NCBI GenBank assembly: GCA_023213395.1
Contig: CM041465.1
Location: forward strand, 236,599,741 to 236,663,740
Direction: 5' to 3'
Length of the DNA: 64,000 bases
Origin: Cycas panzhihuaensis
Lineage: Eukaryota; Plantae; Cycadophyta
Shown: in pieces, positions 52,370-64,000 of the stretch
Layout of the letters: every line of letters starts with the position of its first letter
Position numbering within the stretch: the first letter of the stretch is position 1
Notes under the pieces: model-generated
Database searches by the model: none
The model's input: only the letters and a program-made list of their open reading frames with translations
What the model was told of the DNA's origin: nothing
Position numbers and translations under genes: made by a program

Positions 52370-55300
52370 TCTCCCATGCCTCCCTTCCTACTTGAACTTC
52401 CTAAGTTCTCAGATGAATCTCCCCAAGATTTAGCATCATATATATAAGTTTTTGTGCTTGTATATACAAACTTCATGCTATATGATTATGTCATGATGAG
52501 GTTATTTCATAAGTCACTTTAAGGGGATTCTTTGAAGTGGTTTTGTTACCTTTCTTCTACCTCCATCCTTTCATTCTAATAATTAGTTGATTCCTTCATT
52601 AGTTACTTTGATGTTGCAAGACCTTTTGAATTTAGGATTAAATCATTATTAGCTATCAAACAGAATCAGGATGAAACTTTAAGAGATTTTAGAAGGAGAT
52701 TTCAAGATCAGGTTTATGTATGTCACTCTCAATTAGATTTTAATCTTTTCTTTAACTTGTTTACTAATGCTTTGAGACCTTATGTCCATCTTGAGATACT
52801 CAAGCTATTGATTGATGCCTTACTTTGGAGACCTTTAAAATCCAAGTGGGTATTAAGAAAGTTAATAAATTGATTCCTTTAAAATAATAAGTTCATGAAT
52901 CTAAATCATCTTATTCTAAACCAACTTATGACCACTTGACTTCCTTAGTTAGATCATTAGAGCATGAAATCAATGCTAAGTTATATATTGATGATTCTTC
53001 TCCTAATCCTCCTAGCTAAGGAGCAAAAGTTATTCACCTTACTAAGGGTCAAAAATGATAAAACCCACCTATACCCTCTCCTCCTATGAGGAAGACTAAA
53101 TGGTACTCTTTCATCTAAATTGACACCTTTGATAGGAGTGAATGTCACATGGTTTAGGCAATGAATCGAAAGATTCCTACTTAAATAAAAAAAACTTCTA
53201 AATCTTCTCAAGATCAATTGATTCATAAAGATCCATTGCCTCAACATAATGACAAAGAAGACAAAGATAAGACAAAATAGATAGAAAGTTCTAAAGGTGA
53301 AACTTTCGATCTTGATTCATCAAAGAAACTAGCTACCTTCTCTAATCCTTCATTAAAGCATGCCAATATCCATACTTGCTCACCTCTTAAAGGTGGTGAA
53401 ACCAAAAGAACCATCAATATGGTGGAGACTCAAAGAGTTTAGGTCCTTCCAAATCATTTGATGATTTGGTGATAAAAAATCCTGACTCTATGCTTCTCAT
53501 CCCCCCTTGTCCCATCAGGTTTCAATCTATTCCTTTTAGTTTAAAGGATGGATCATTTTCTTTGGTTAATGATTTAAAGACTATTTCCATTAGCATATTA
53601 GTTATTGATTTATTGAAGTATTACCTCAAGCAATGCCAACTTTTATTTGATACATTAGGAGTTACTACCTTCATTAGATTTTATAGTTCTATATTTTCCT
53701 TTAACTTAGGTATGTTGCCTTCTCAAATTAATTATGCTCCTAATGATATTCCCCCATTTTACATTAAAACTATTAAGGATGGCATAAATATTTGATGTGT
53801 AATCATTAATGAGGGTTCATCTATTAATATTATTTCTCTATGCCTAATTGAAGATTTAAATATTTTTATCTTTGATCCTTATGAATGGATTTGCCAAGGT
53901 TATGATAAAAATTAAAAAACTCCACTTGGTTAAGTTATTCTACCCTTGATCTTAGAAGGTAAAATAATTTACACTAAATTGACCATTATTGATCTTGATT
54001 TGGAGTATAATGCCCTTTTGGGTAGACCTTGGATTACCCAAATGGTTGTTGTTTTCTCTTCCTTTTTTGGTGAACTCTAGTTCATTCATAAGAGAGGATT
54101 AAAAATTATGAAGTATAGACCTAAATTGATTAATCAATTAGTACCACTTATTAAGACTATTATTGAACTTGGTGAGTCCTCTAATTCTTTAGAGTACTTA
54201 TTTTAATCTTTAGGTTTAGGATAATATTTCACCATTAAAACTCCCTCTCCTCAGGAAGAAGTATAAGATGTTGATATGTTGAAATCATTCCCTTCAAACT
54301 AAGTTCTCCTTCTTCTTATCACATTGGTTTAACTTAAAGATCTAAATTTTCTAAAGAAAAAGGGTCAAATCTTAATTAATCTTATGAAGAATATTATTTA
54401 GTTAAAGAAACTAATTTAGATCCTTCACTTTTAAATGCATGTCATTTTTTTCAAGTCTTATGTTTACCTTCAACTAGAGTTGCCCTAGTTTCATCTTATG
54501 TAACCACTCCTCTACCTAAACATGTAAAGCCATCCCTATATAATATACCACCACCTATAACAATTCTTTTTTCTCGGTCTCCTCTCTTTATCACATGGCT
54601 TAATAGACATCGAAAGAAGTTGTTATTATATAGGCATCCTAATTTAATATCTAATGATGAAGTTACTTCATCTCAAATGGATCAAATCTTACCTAATGAG
54701 TTTGAGAGTTTAACTTAGTTTCAACTATTTCTCTTCTTCCTCACCATTCTATTGATGACTCCTTATTATCTTTTGTTCAAATGACCTTATCTAATCATGA
54801 TCTTTCTTTTAATTATGACAAGTTTAATCAAGTCTTCACTTCAACTTAAGAGTTTGTTAATCAACCTATCCCATTTACCAAAGTTCTTTCAATCATTGAG
54901 TTTTTATGAACATGTCAAAATCTTTTATTTAATGGTACCCAAATTACTAAGTTATCATCTCTATTTTCTAGCTTATCAAAGAATGTTATCCCTATTAATC
55001 TCTTCCATCTAGATCATTTCAAGAATAATGAGGCAATCCTTGAGCATTTAGTTGGCTCTACCCCTAGTCTTCCCTCTTATTACCATAAGTTAGGTTTTCT
55101 AAGACTGGTTCATCCAAATTTACCATTAGCTACTTGTTCTCAATTTGAGGAACCAACTTCTTTTATAGAATTTTCTCCTCTTAACTTTAAAGCAAGTAAT
55201 GCTATACTCATAGTTGAGACTATTGATATTGACTTAGAGCTAGGGGACACTCCTAAAATCATCAAAGTTGGAGCTAATTGCTCTCTTAAAGAGATCTCTC

Positions 55301-57854
55301 TATTTAAGATCTCTTTTAGGAATTCAATTCTATCTTTACTTGGGATTGTAGTGATATATAGAGCCTTCACCCTGATATTATTATTCATAATATCACTACT
55401 ATCATTGGCATTAAACCTAAATATCAAAAATAAAGACCCATTTATCGTTATCTCTCTACTATAATCAAATACAAAGTCTAAAAATTATTGAAGGCTAGAT
55501 TTATTGAGAGTGTTGATTACACTCAATAGGTTTTAAATATAGTTCTAATTATTAAGAAAAATATCTCTAAATACAACTAGATTTCTATTGCACCTCAAGA
55601 TTGTTATAAAATAGATTTCACCACTCCTTGGGGCACTTTTATTTATAAAATCATGCCTTTATAATTAAAAAATACTAAAACTATACATTAAAGAGATATG
55701 GTCTTTACTTTTCATAATTTGATTGGAAATATTATTTTTGTATATCTCAATGATATACTTGATCTTTCTCGATGATGATAAGACCATGTTAGAGACTTAA
55801 GAATAAATTTTCAAATGCCATAAGTATCACTTATGTTTAAACCCTTCTAAATGTGTATTTGTAATGAGTTATAGTAAGATGCTGGGTAATATTGTTTCTT
55901 ATAATAGAATCAAGATTGACCCTAATAAGGTCAAGGAAATTATTGAAATGCCTCCTCTTAAAACATAGAAGCAAATCAAATCTTTCTTAGGGAGACTAAG
56001 TTTTCTTAGATACTTCATTACTAATTTTTCCTTAGATGCAAAACCTATTACCAATCTTCTTAAGAAACAAACTTCACTTGAGTGGACCTCTCAAGCTCAA
56101 GAGTCTTTTGATAAATTGAATTGAGCATTAATCTCTTCTCTTGTTCTTATTCCTCTAAATTTTATGAAGCCCTTTATCTTATATACTTATTTTATAAATG
56201 AATCATTAGTAGGAATGTTGGTACAAGAAGATGATTTTGGTAAAGAGCAAGCTATTTATTTCCTTAATAGAATGTTAGTTGTGGCCAAACTTTATTATCC
56301 TTTAGTAGAGAAAGAATGCCTTTCCTTTTCTTTGCCATTAAGAAGTTATGTCATTATCTTCTTAGTAATACAATCTTCTTTATCATTCAATCTAATACCA
56401 TTAGATATATTTTAACTAAAACAAACCTCACTAGGCATCTAGGTAAATGGTCATTATTACTATAAGAATTTGATTTTTATATTATCAATCAAAAATTTTA
56501 GAAAGAAATGGTTGTAGCTGAGATCGTGGCTAATGCTCATTTACCAAATCTCAATAATCAACCTATTGATGATAAACTTCTAGATGAATATATTCTCTAA
56601 ATCTAAGCTATCTCTCTTGAAGATCCATGGTATGGAGAGATCAAGCCCTACTTATAAGATCAAACTCTTCCTTCTTCTTCTATATCAAAGAAGAGAAGAA
56701 GAATTTGAGATGTTGTTGGATAATACCTCTTACTTAATGATGTACTTTATAAATGCTCCTTTGATAGGATTTTGTTGATATGCCTTTTTCCTAACGAAGC
56801 TCTTATAACCTTAACAAAATACTATGATGGAATATATAGTGGTCATTTAGTAGCCAATCTACTACCTAACATATTCTTTGTATGGGGTATTATTGGCCTA
56901 CTTTATTTAAAGATGCTCATGCTTATGTTTGGAAATGGAAAAAATGTTATTCACATGCTACATTAATTCATACAGGCTTAAGAGTTGAAATCTATTGTTT
57001 ATCCTTGGCCCTTTTCTTAATGGGGTTTAGATCTCATTGAGAAAATCTTTCCTACATCATCCAATAGCCATAAATTTATCATTATTGCTATGGGATATTT
57101 TACTAAATGGAGTGAGACCATTCCATTAGTTTTAGCCACAGAAACGAGTCATTACTTTCATTTTTTAATATATTATTTGTGGATTTGGGATACTTGGCAT
57201 TATCATCGCTAATAATGGATCTTTATTTCATATTCCTCATGTGGATGAAGTACGTGATAAATTCCATATTACATATAGATTGTCAGCCCCATATCATTTG
57301 TAAGATAATAGGTAAGTAGAAGCATTACCAAAAGTTTGGCTAAAATTTTAGCCAAAATTGTAGCAAACTCTCATTGTGAATTGCATGCTTAGGTATTTCT
57401 AGCATTATAAGCATATCAAACCTTAATTAGAAATGCTATTAGTATGACACCTTTCTCTTTGGTCTATGGTGTTGAAGTAATTCTTCCTTTAGAAGTCAAA
57501 ATTCCTTTATTATAAGTCTCATTAAAAGAGTTTACAAATGAAGAGTTTCAAAGGACATCACATCTTTTGGAGCTTAAAAAAGTAGATGAAACTTTATAGA
57601 ATAATTTAGCTTCTAAAGCTAGAATTCAAGCTACCTATGATAGATAACTTAGACCTAGAAAATTTTGTATTGGTGATAAGGTATTAAAATTAGAATATCT
57701 CAATGATAAATAATGGAAATTTTCTCCAAAATGGACTAGACCTTATTTGATTATTAAAGACTTAGAGAATGACACTTATAAAATTTCAATCCTAAAGGGA
57801 TTATAGTTTAAAAAGCCTTTTAATTCTTAATACTTAAGGAAGTTTTATGGCTAA
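52370..57854 (+). pseudogene. gag-pol of element B
   Basis: gag ELPKF..E.PQDL (~52395), protease IINEGSSINII/YNALLGRPWI (~53800-54040), RT FTTPWGTFIYKIMP (~55620, with an internal deletion near 55565), RH VEKECL, INT PWPFS*WGLDLI; stop TAA 57852-57854. Confidence 0.9.
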
Positions 57855-58907
57855 TGGCATCCTTTCTCTGCAACAAGGATAAACTATATCTCTAAGAAAT
57901 TATATTATCTAATGAGCTAAAACAATGGACAATCTCCTTCTTTAATTACTCTTTATGTTCTTTTAGTTTCCTCTCACTTTTATTAATTGATATTCTATCA
58001 ACCATATAAGACTACTACTCTTTTTTGGCATAGGTATTAGTTGTTGGAGTCTTTCTTTTATTATCACTTTTTATCTTCTTCTCTTTTGAGCTTCAAACTC
58101 AGAAGAGAACTTTGGCCCTTAATATCACCCTTGAGAGTTATTTATGATATATGATCTATTTGTGTCAACTTTAGTTATTATACCAGTTGTTTAATCTACT
58201 TTATACACCTTTACTTTCACCTTAGAGGTTTCTTTTTGATCTTATATCGCCTATTTTTCTTTTACACTTGTAATCTTTAGTTTACTCTATTTACACTCCC
58301 AAGGTGAATGCTCATTCTACTACCTTTATTATATCTTTGGAGACATTATGATTTAGATTTCCTTTTTTTTACCCATAGTTCAATCCCTGAGGAGTTTAGT
58401 TCTCTATTTCCCCTTTTGATTTTAATTAAAAGAAGTAATCCTTGCTCCATTGAGAAGGGGTATTTCATAATTAGATGGTTCCCAAATCCTCTCTCTTATA
58501 AATATTGAAAATAAGTTCAACAAAAAAAAAAAAAAGTAAAAAAGTAAATAGAAAAAAGGAAGCATAAAACAAAAAATAGATTGTTATTGCCATCCTCTTG
58601 TAATTTAGGGCAAGTCACATGATGACTTCATCCCCACCTATATTTACTATAGGTCGTTTCGATTTTGGTGGGTCATTTAGGATTTTTAGATCTAGTTACT
58701 TAGGTCCACTATGGCCTCAATTATGATTGAACCTTATTTGGAATCTTTTAACTATTAGTTGTTATCCTAGTTATGATATTATCCTTTATTTCTTGCAGTT
58801 GAAACCATTTTTCTATCATTCAACACCAACTCCTTACTGATTGATTCCTGTAACTTCCTTTCATCGATCACTCCATCTCTAAATTTAGTTTCTATTTTTT
58901 TATAGCA

Positions 58908-59290
58908 TTGAGTATATTCAATGATCAAGGAAGTAGAGGTAACCTAAGACCATCTACTACTACATGGGTGATATATGATCAATAACAATACCTTCTCTTA
59001 TTTACATGTTTATTTTTACTTAGATCCACCAATAATAAAGTTGAGTATTCTACCATTATAAGAGCCTTGTTAGATATTTTCCAGTTCCACAATTGTCCTA
59101 TTATTATCTATTCTAATTCTTAGGTTATTATTTATTAGTTGGTTGGCATCTACTAGGCCCATTCCTTATAACTCCTTACTCTTTATCATTATGCTTCATT
59201 ATTAATGTCCTTGTTCTCTTCTGTTACCATTCAATATATTCTATGATCTTTTAATATTGAAGCTAACACTCTAGTTTCTCTTATCCTAAA
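58908..59290 (+). pseudogene. aRH of element B
   Basis: IFNDQGSRGNLRP....WVIYD...TNNKVEYSTIIRAL.D...YSNS*VII...NIEANTL. Confidence 0.87.
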
Positions 59291-59331
59291 TAATTACCTT
59301 GGGTAGATTTCATCTTACAGTGGGGGAACCC

Positions 59332-59430
59332 TACTCTAGAATGAGCATAAACCACCACTCTAAAATAAGTATAAACTATCACTTTGAAATAAGTATAAAC
59401 TATCACTCCATGAAGAGTATAAACTATGGG
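59332..59430 (+). repeat. Four 24-bp tandem repeats ACTCT..AATGAGTATAAACTATC
   Basis: Directly visible, just downstream of aRH. Confidence 0.88.
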
Positions 59431-60149
59431 TTTTGAAGGTAGAAGCATGAGTTTTGTGGAAGTTAAGTTGATAGATTTAAAATAAGATAAAGTGTTCAAA
59501 AAGATAGACCCATATGGAAATCGTGGGTTAAGAAGGATCTTAGTAGGGTATAAGTCCCTCAAAGCCTCTTGGCCCTAAAAGGAGCTAATGAGAAATCTTA
59601 TATACTCGAAAACTAATTGTTTATTAAGTGAAACTCACCTTTTATTTTATAAACAACATGTTTTTCTCTATATATATTATATATATATGGATTCCAATCC
59701 ATGTTTATATAATCTATCTTGAGTATAATGTGAATGATATAAATCCTTGTTCTATAGAGGTCTTGTGTTGTTCTATCTTTTGCTCTTATAAACTTATTAC
59801 TATTTGACTTTCAAATGATTTTAAGTTTATGAGAATAGAATTAATAAATCTCCCTCCTATACTTTAATCTATTTTCCTTTCCTTTATTATGGCTTAATTT
59901 TTTTTTCAGAAAATCCCCTTTACTCTGAGATGAGTATAAACTATCATATCTTGAATTCATTTCATCTATCCAAGTTAATATGACTCATCCTTAGTTATTA
60001 TTTTTGAAATTGACTTCCCTAAACTTAGAATGTTGGTATATTTTCCATCAATTAAGGTATTTCGTTTGATAATAAGCCTTTTTGGTGATGATTATTTTTC
60101 CTCAAATGTGGCAACTTACATAAATTTTGATGATTCTCTTTTAAGGCCT

Positions 60150-60495
60150 TTTGCTCCAAAATTTTAGTTACTAATGAGCTTAAACTATGGTAGTATTTTA
60201 CTATAAAATTTTAGCTACTAACAAGCTTAAATGATGGTATCTTCTTGCTCTAAAAATCCATATATTAAGGAGCTTAAACTATGATAGTATTACTCTTTCA
60301 AACTTGATTGTTAATGAGTATAAACTATGATAATCGAGCTCTAAAAAGTTATCTACTAATAAGTCAAAACTATGGTAGTCTCAAGCTCTGAAAAGTCACC
60401 TATTAACAAGTTTATAAATTATGATAGTCTATCCTTTATGCTCTAGTAAAAGGACCTTGCCTTTGAAGCATGGTTGATGAGGTAAAACTATGACC
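60150..60495 (+). repeat. ~46-bp tandem repeats of element B 3' UTR (CTCT.AAA...CTACTAATGAG.TTAAACTATGGTAGT)
   Basis: Six consecutive units plus one detached copy at ~60474. Confidence 0.88.
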
Positions 60496-63400
60496 AATCA
60501 ACTCTTAATCCCCATGTAGTTTATCAGTATATTTAGCAGTACCATCATTTGAGAAAGTTCTAAGCCCTATCCTAGTTATGGGCATCCTTGTAGTAATTTA
60601 TCTTTTAAGCCCTATCTATTTGATAGGCATTTTCATGGCACTCTTCACCTATTATTGTAGTGAAGTTAAGGTTTATTTTTAACTTATTTATATTCCTTTT
60701 TACCCTTCCATCATCTATTTAACCATTACTTAATTCCTTTTGCTATCATTTTTTAAGGACTTTCACATTGGAAACATTGCCACCTCTCACCATCCTACTT
60801 TTATCTTAAAGAAGGAGTTTCAAGTATTAAGGGGGCAAATGTTTCATAAAAATTTGGCCCTTGATTAATTTTCATCTATCTTATTGATTAATTTACTTGA
60901 TCATGGGTGTATTTTCTTATTGAATGAGATTGTATTCAGTGTTTGGAATATTATATAATGCTTTTAAATTTGATACAATTTTTGATGAACTAATATGTAA
61001 ATATTGATGATGATTGATGTTTAGATAATGATGAATGTATTATTATGTCTTCCATATGTTGATGAATGAAACTCTAGTATCAAAATCTTTCCCTAAGCCA
61101 TTCTGATCCACTTTTTACTTTTAAAACACTCATTGTTTCTATATTTTCCTCTTGTTCTTATACTAGGGCTATCAATTTTTTATATTTTTGGGCTCATGCT
61201 TAATTTATCAATTCTTTTGGGATACTCTTTGTCTTTAATAAAATTATTTTATTTTAGTTTTTGGTAATATTCTAAGTTTTTAAACTTTATTTATCAATTT
61301 TTTTATTTTTTATCACAAATTTTTTAGTATTTCTAAAAATGTGATTGATCACGTTTTATATAGCAAGCCACATTTTTCATTCTATATAAAACATGATTAA
61401 TCATATTTTATGTAGAAAATCACATTTTTTACTATTATGCATGCAAAATTTTTAATCAAACTTCCCAAATTTTCTCTATTTTTTGTATGTTCTTACCTAG
61501 ATTTCTTGGTAACTCTTTCTTTCTCATCTAGAAACCCCCAAAACCCTTAACAATTAATCATAGAGTGAATTAATATGAGTTTTGTGGTTGTATCTTTGAA
61601 GAAAAGAGAGAAGAGAAGTGGAAAAAGAGATAATAAAGAGAAAAGAGACTTGGAGATATTCCTAGTGTTGTAGTTTAACTTTATTTTATGAGATTTGCTA
61701 AGATGTTTATCCTCTACAAAGCTTTCATTTGAGCTCCAATGCTCTTATTACAAGTTTGTTAATGCTTTTCTATTACTCTTTCTTACTTTTTTTGAATGGA
61801 TGCTTATCATATTATGCCTTCTTCATGTTGTCTTCTCAATCTTATCTCTAGTTGTTATTATTCCTTAATTTTCCTTGGATTGATATTGGCTAAAAGGTAA
61901 GCCCCTTATGGGGTTTATAGAGGTTTGCTATAGAGAAAAGAGATCTACCTCTTCATCATTGTTCATAGATTCTCCCTCCCATTATCCATATTAATCAAGA
62001 TTTTCAAGAGATATTTATCTCATCTCTTTTGGTTTGGTACTAGTTTTAATGGTTTCATTATAAATTTCTCCTTTTACTACCTATTTTAAAAGGAAAAATT
62101 GGTGAAATATTAGTCAATAAGGGAAAGATTACTATGATAAGGCACATATGTGATAGTATAAATTGAGGATCTTATGATTATATAGTTCATTTTCCTTGAT
62201 TCTTCACTTGTTTCCTTCTTCTTCTTCTTCTTCTTCTTCTAGAAGATGCACAATTAGAAAAAGAGTAAAGGGAATAAACTTTGTATGCCTCTTGTTTACT
62301 CTTTTCTTTTATAAGAAATATAATCAATTTAATAATTTCATAGTTGTATGCTATTGAATCAATGGTGAAATCTTTCTTTGTTCCTAATCTAATTTCTTAA
62401 TATGATGTGCGAGTTAAGTTCTTACTTTCATGGTGAATCTACACATTGTATACCATCTTTCATGGCTTGTTCAAGTGGACTTTGAGGTTTCATGTTAACT
62501 TTATACTTTGCATGCTAAATTTTATGATTTATTTCCTTTATTTGGAGTTATTCCATGGTTGAAAAATTATAAAATTCATCAAAGATCATACACGTAAGTA
62601 GAAGAAGTCTAGAACGAGCTTCATACCACTTTAACCCTCATTTTTTTAGGTAGGTATGAAATATTTCCTTTAAAAAGTTTGTTTCTTGTACCTTTTTGTT
62701 TGAAATAAAAGTTTGTTTGAAGATTTTAATTTAGATTCTTTTGTTCATTGATAAGATTTCCTTAAAAAAAAGAAAAAAAGAGTCAATGTGATTTCTTATT
62801 TCTTTATTTGATTTAAAGAGTGGTTTTCCTTAGATTTATTAGTCTCTTTTGTTACTTTTTATAAGTGTGTGATCAAATTATTATTTTTTTTTAACCTTTT
62901 CTGCAATTAATTAAACCTAAAACATTAAAAAATATAAGGGAAAGAATAACAAAAAATAAGAAAACAGAACAAAAACATTGTTAGTGTAGCTTTGAACTTA
63001 GATCTCCTTTACTTGATTATATAGGCTAGCATATTCCTTTACCAAGTACCATTCACATATCCTAGCCTTTTGCTTTTCATCATAACCAATTATATAATAT
63101 AGCTAAGTAGAGACTCCTTCTTAGGAGTTAGAAAAAGTTGGTTCTATGGTTCTTGTAAGTTGATATATCTATCGATATCCATTAGAAATAGAAGAAACAT
63201 AAAGTTATTGAGAGGTACTTAGCCTAGATTGATTCTTAAATAACCATGTTCATGATTATTCAAGTCATGGAGGATTAAGATTTTAAAGATATACATGAGG
63301 AGAAGATTAAGATCACAACCTTGAGAGATGAACTGTAGGTGAGTATAGGATGTTCAATTAAACAATCTCTAAGGGGAAAGGGATTAGCCTTTAAGCAACA

Positions 63401-63894
63401 TATTATCGAGAAGTAAGAAGGGTATTGTTCATAAAATTGGCCTTAGTATTAAACATTTGGTAAATCATGAGAGAAGTGAAATTAAGAAAGATTACAAATA
63501 TGAATAGAGGTTTATTAATAATATAATTTATAAATTACATGAATAATACATGAACTGCTTTGCTATTCAAGGATCATTTTAGACTATTGAAGGATAAAAG
63601 GAAACCTATAGATTATTAGATATATTAGTAGCCTATTACAAAATAAAATAGATTAGTTAAGTGTTGAAAAACACCAAACATAGGATCCAACTATTTGTAT
63701 TAACAATGAAAGGTCATCATAATGAGCCAAAATTAGGGAAGAGCAAGAGAATAATACAAGTGCAACTTATAGTTTTTTTGTATTTTTTATTATTTTTATG
63801 GTATTTTTGGATAGTGAAGTATCTACATTTAGTTTATTCTCACTTTTAAAGTGGTGCCTCCTAAGCATGAGTCTTAGGGGGAGGTGAAAGATTT

Positions 63895-63960
63895 GAGCTA
63901 CCATAGTTTTTGCTCATTAGTAGGAGGATTTTTAGAGCCATAGTTTATACTCATTATGAA
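63895..63960 (-). repeat. Same 3' UTR motif repeats in minus orientation; start of another Tat 3' region
   Basis: CTACCATAGTTTTTGCTCATTAGTAG and CCATAGTTTATACTCATTA, matching 50912-50975. Confidence 0.75.
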
Positions 63961-64000
63961 GTTAGTTTGGCTTAGGGCTCATGGTAGAGAAAAGGATGTC

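Larger units (their letters stand above)
51771..63550 (+). mobile_element. 5'-truncated TatII-like Ty3/gypsy element (element B): gag-PR-RT-RH-INT, aRH, 3' UTR repeats, PPT, 3' LTR from 60840
   Basis: Domains homologous to element A; PPT AAGGGGGCAAA 60829-60839 then TGTTTC; no 5' LTR or PBS seen; right end approximate. Confidence 0.85.

Noticed and set aside
60171-60380. Canonical hammerhead ribozyme call
   Set aside because: G12 of GAAA is T/A in all copies, only 3 nt are available for helix II and no helix I is evident; kept only as a hypothesis
60350-60400. Box C/D snoRNA-like pair (TGATGA ... CTGA) in the 46-bp repeat
   Set aside because: No terminal stem, spacing too short, boxes only seen after assuming deamination
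59332-60495. CRISPR-like repeat-spacer array
   Set aside because: Eukaryotic retrotransposon 3' UTR; inter-motif segments are homologous to each other rather than unique spacers; no cas genes

Overview
Gene-free, AT-rich, strongly CG/CHG-depleted plant heterochromatin, most likely a large gymnosperm-type genome (inferred from TatII-type elements with ~3 kb LTRs that differ by ~10-13%). No intact protein-coding gene is supported; the supplied ORFs are fragments of decayed retroelement frames or artefacts. The left half is a nest. A minus-strand chromovirus-like Ty3/gypsy element (gag-PR-RT, ~26.4-32.3 kb) was hit by a 3.9 kb non-autonomous LTR element carrying an intronless pirin pseudogene and by a minus-strand Tat element. 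That Tat element was in turn hit by a Ty1/copia element (1-2533) and, inside its primer-binding site, by a complete 19.7 kb plus-strand Tat element (3860-23529, TSD GTCAC). The latter has a tandemly duplicated RNaseH-integrase block, an antisense plant-mobile-domain (PMD) gene and a 3' archaeal-type RNase H (aRH). Further right are a complete 271-bp TRIM/SMART-like element, a ~313-bp tandem repeat array, and two more aRH-bearing Tat elements fused in opposite orientation. Two unexplained cis-motifs stand out: TGAG-N3-AAAC+hairpin, which recurs after the pol stop (2 families) and after aRH (all three aRH-bearing elements), and a 38-bp CG-rich palindrome shared between the LTRs and the 5' region of the antisense PMD gene.
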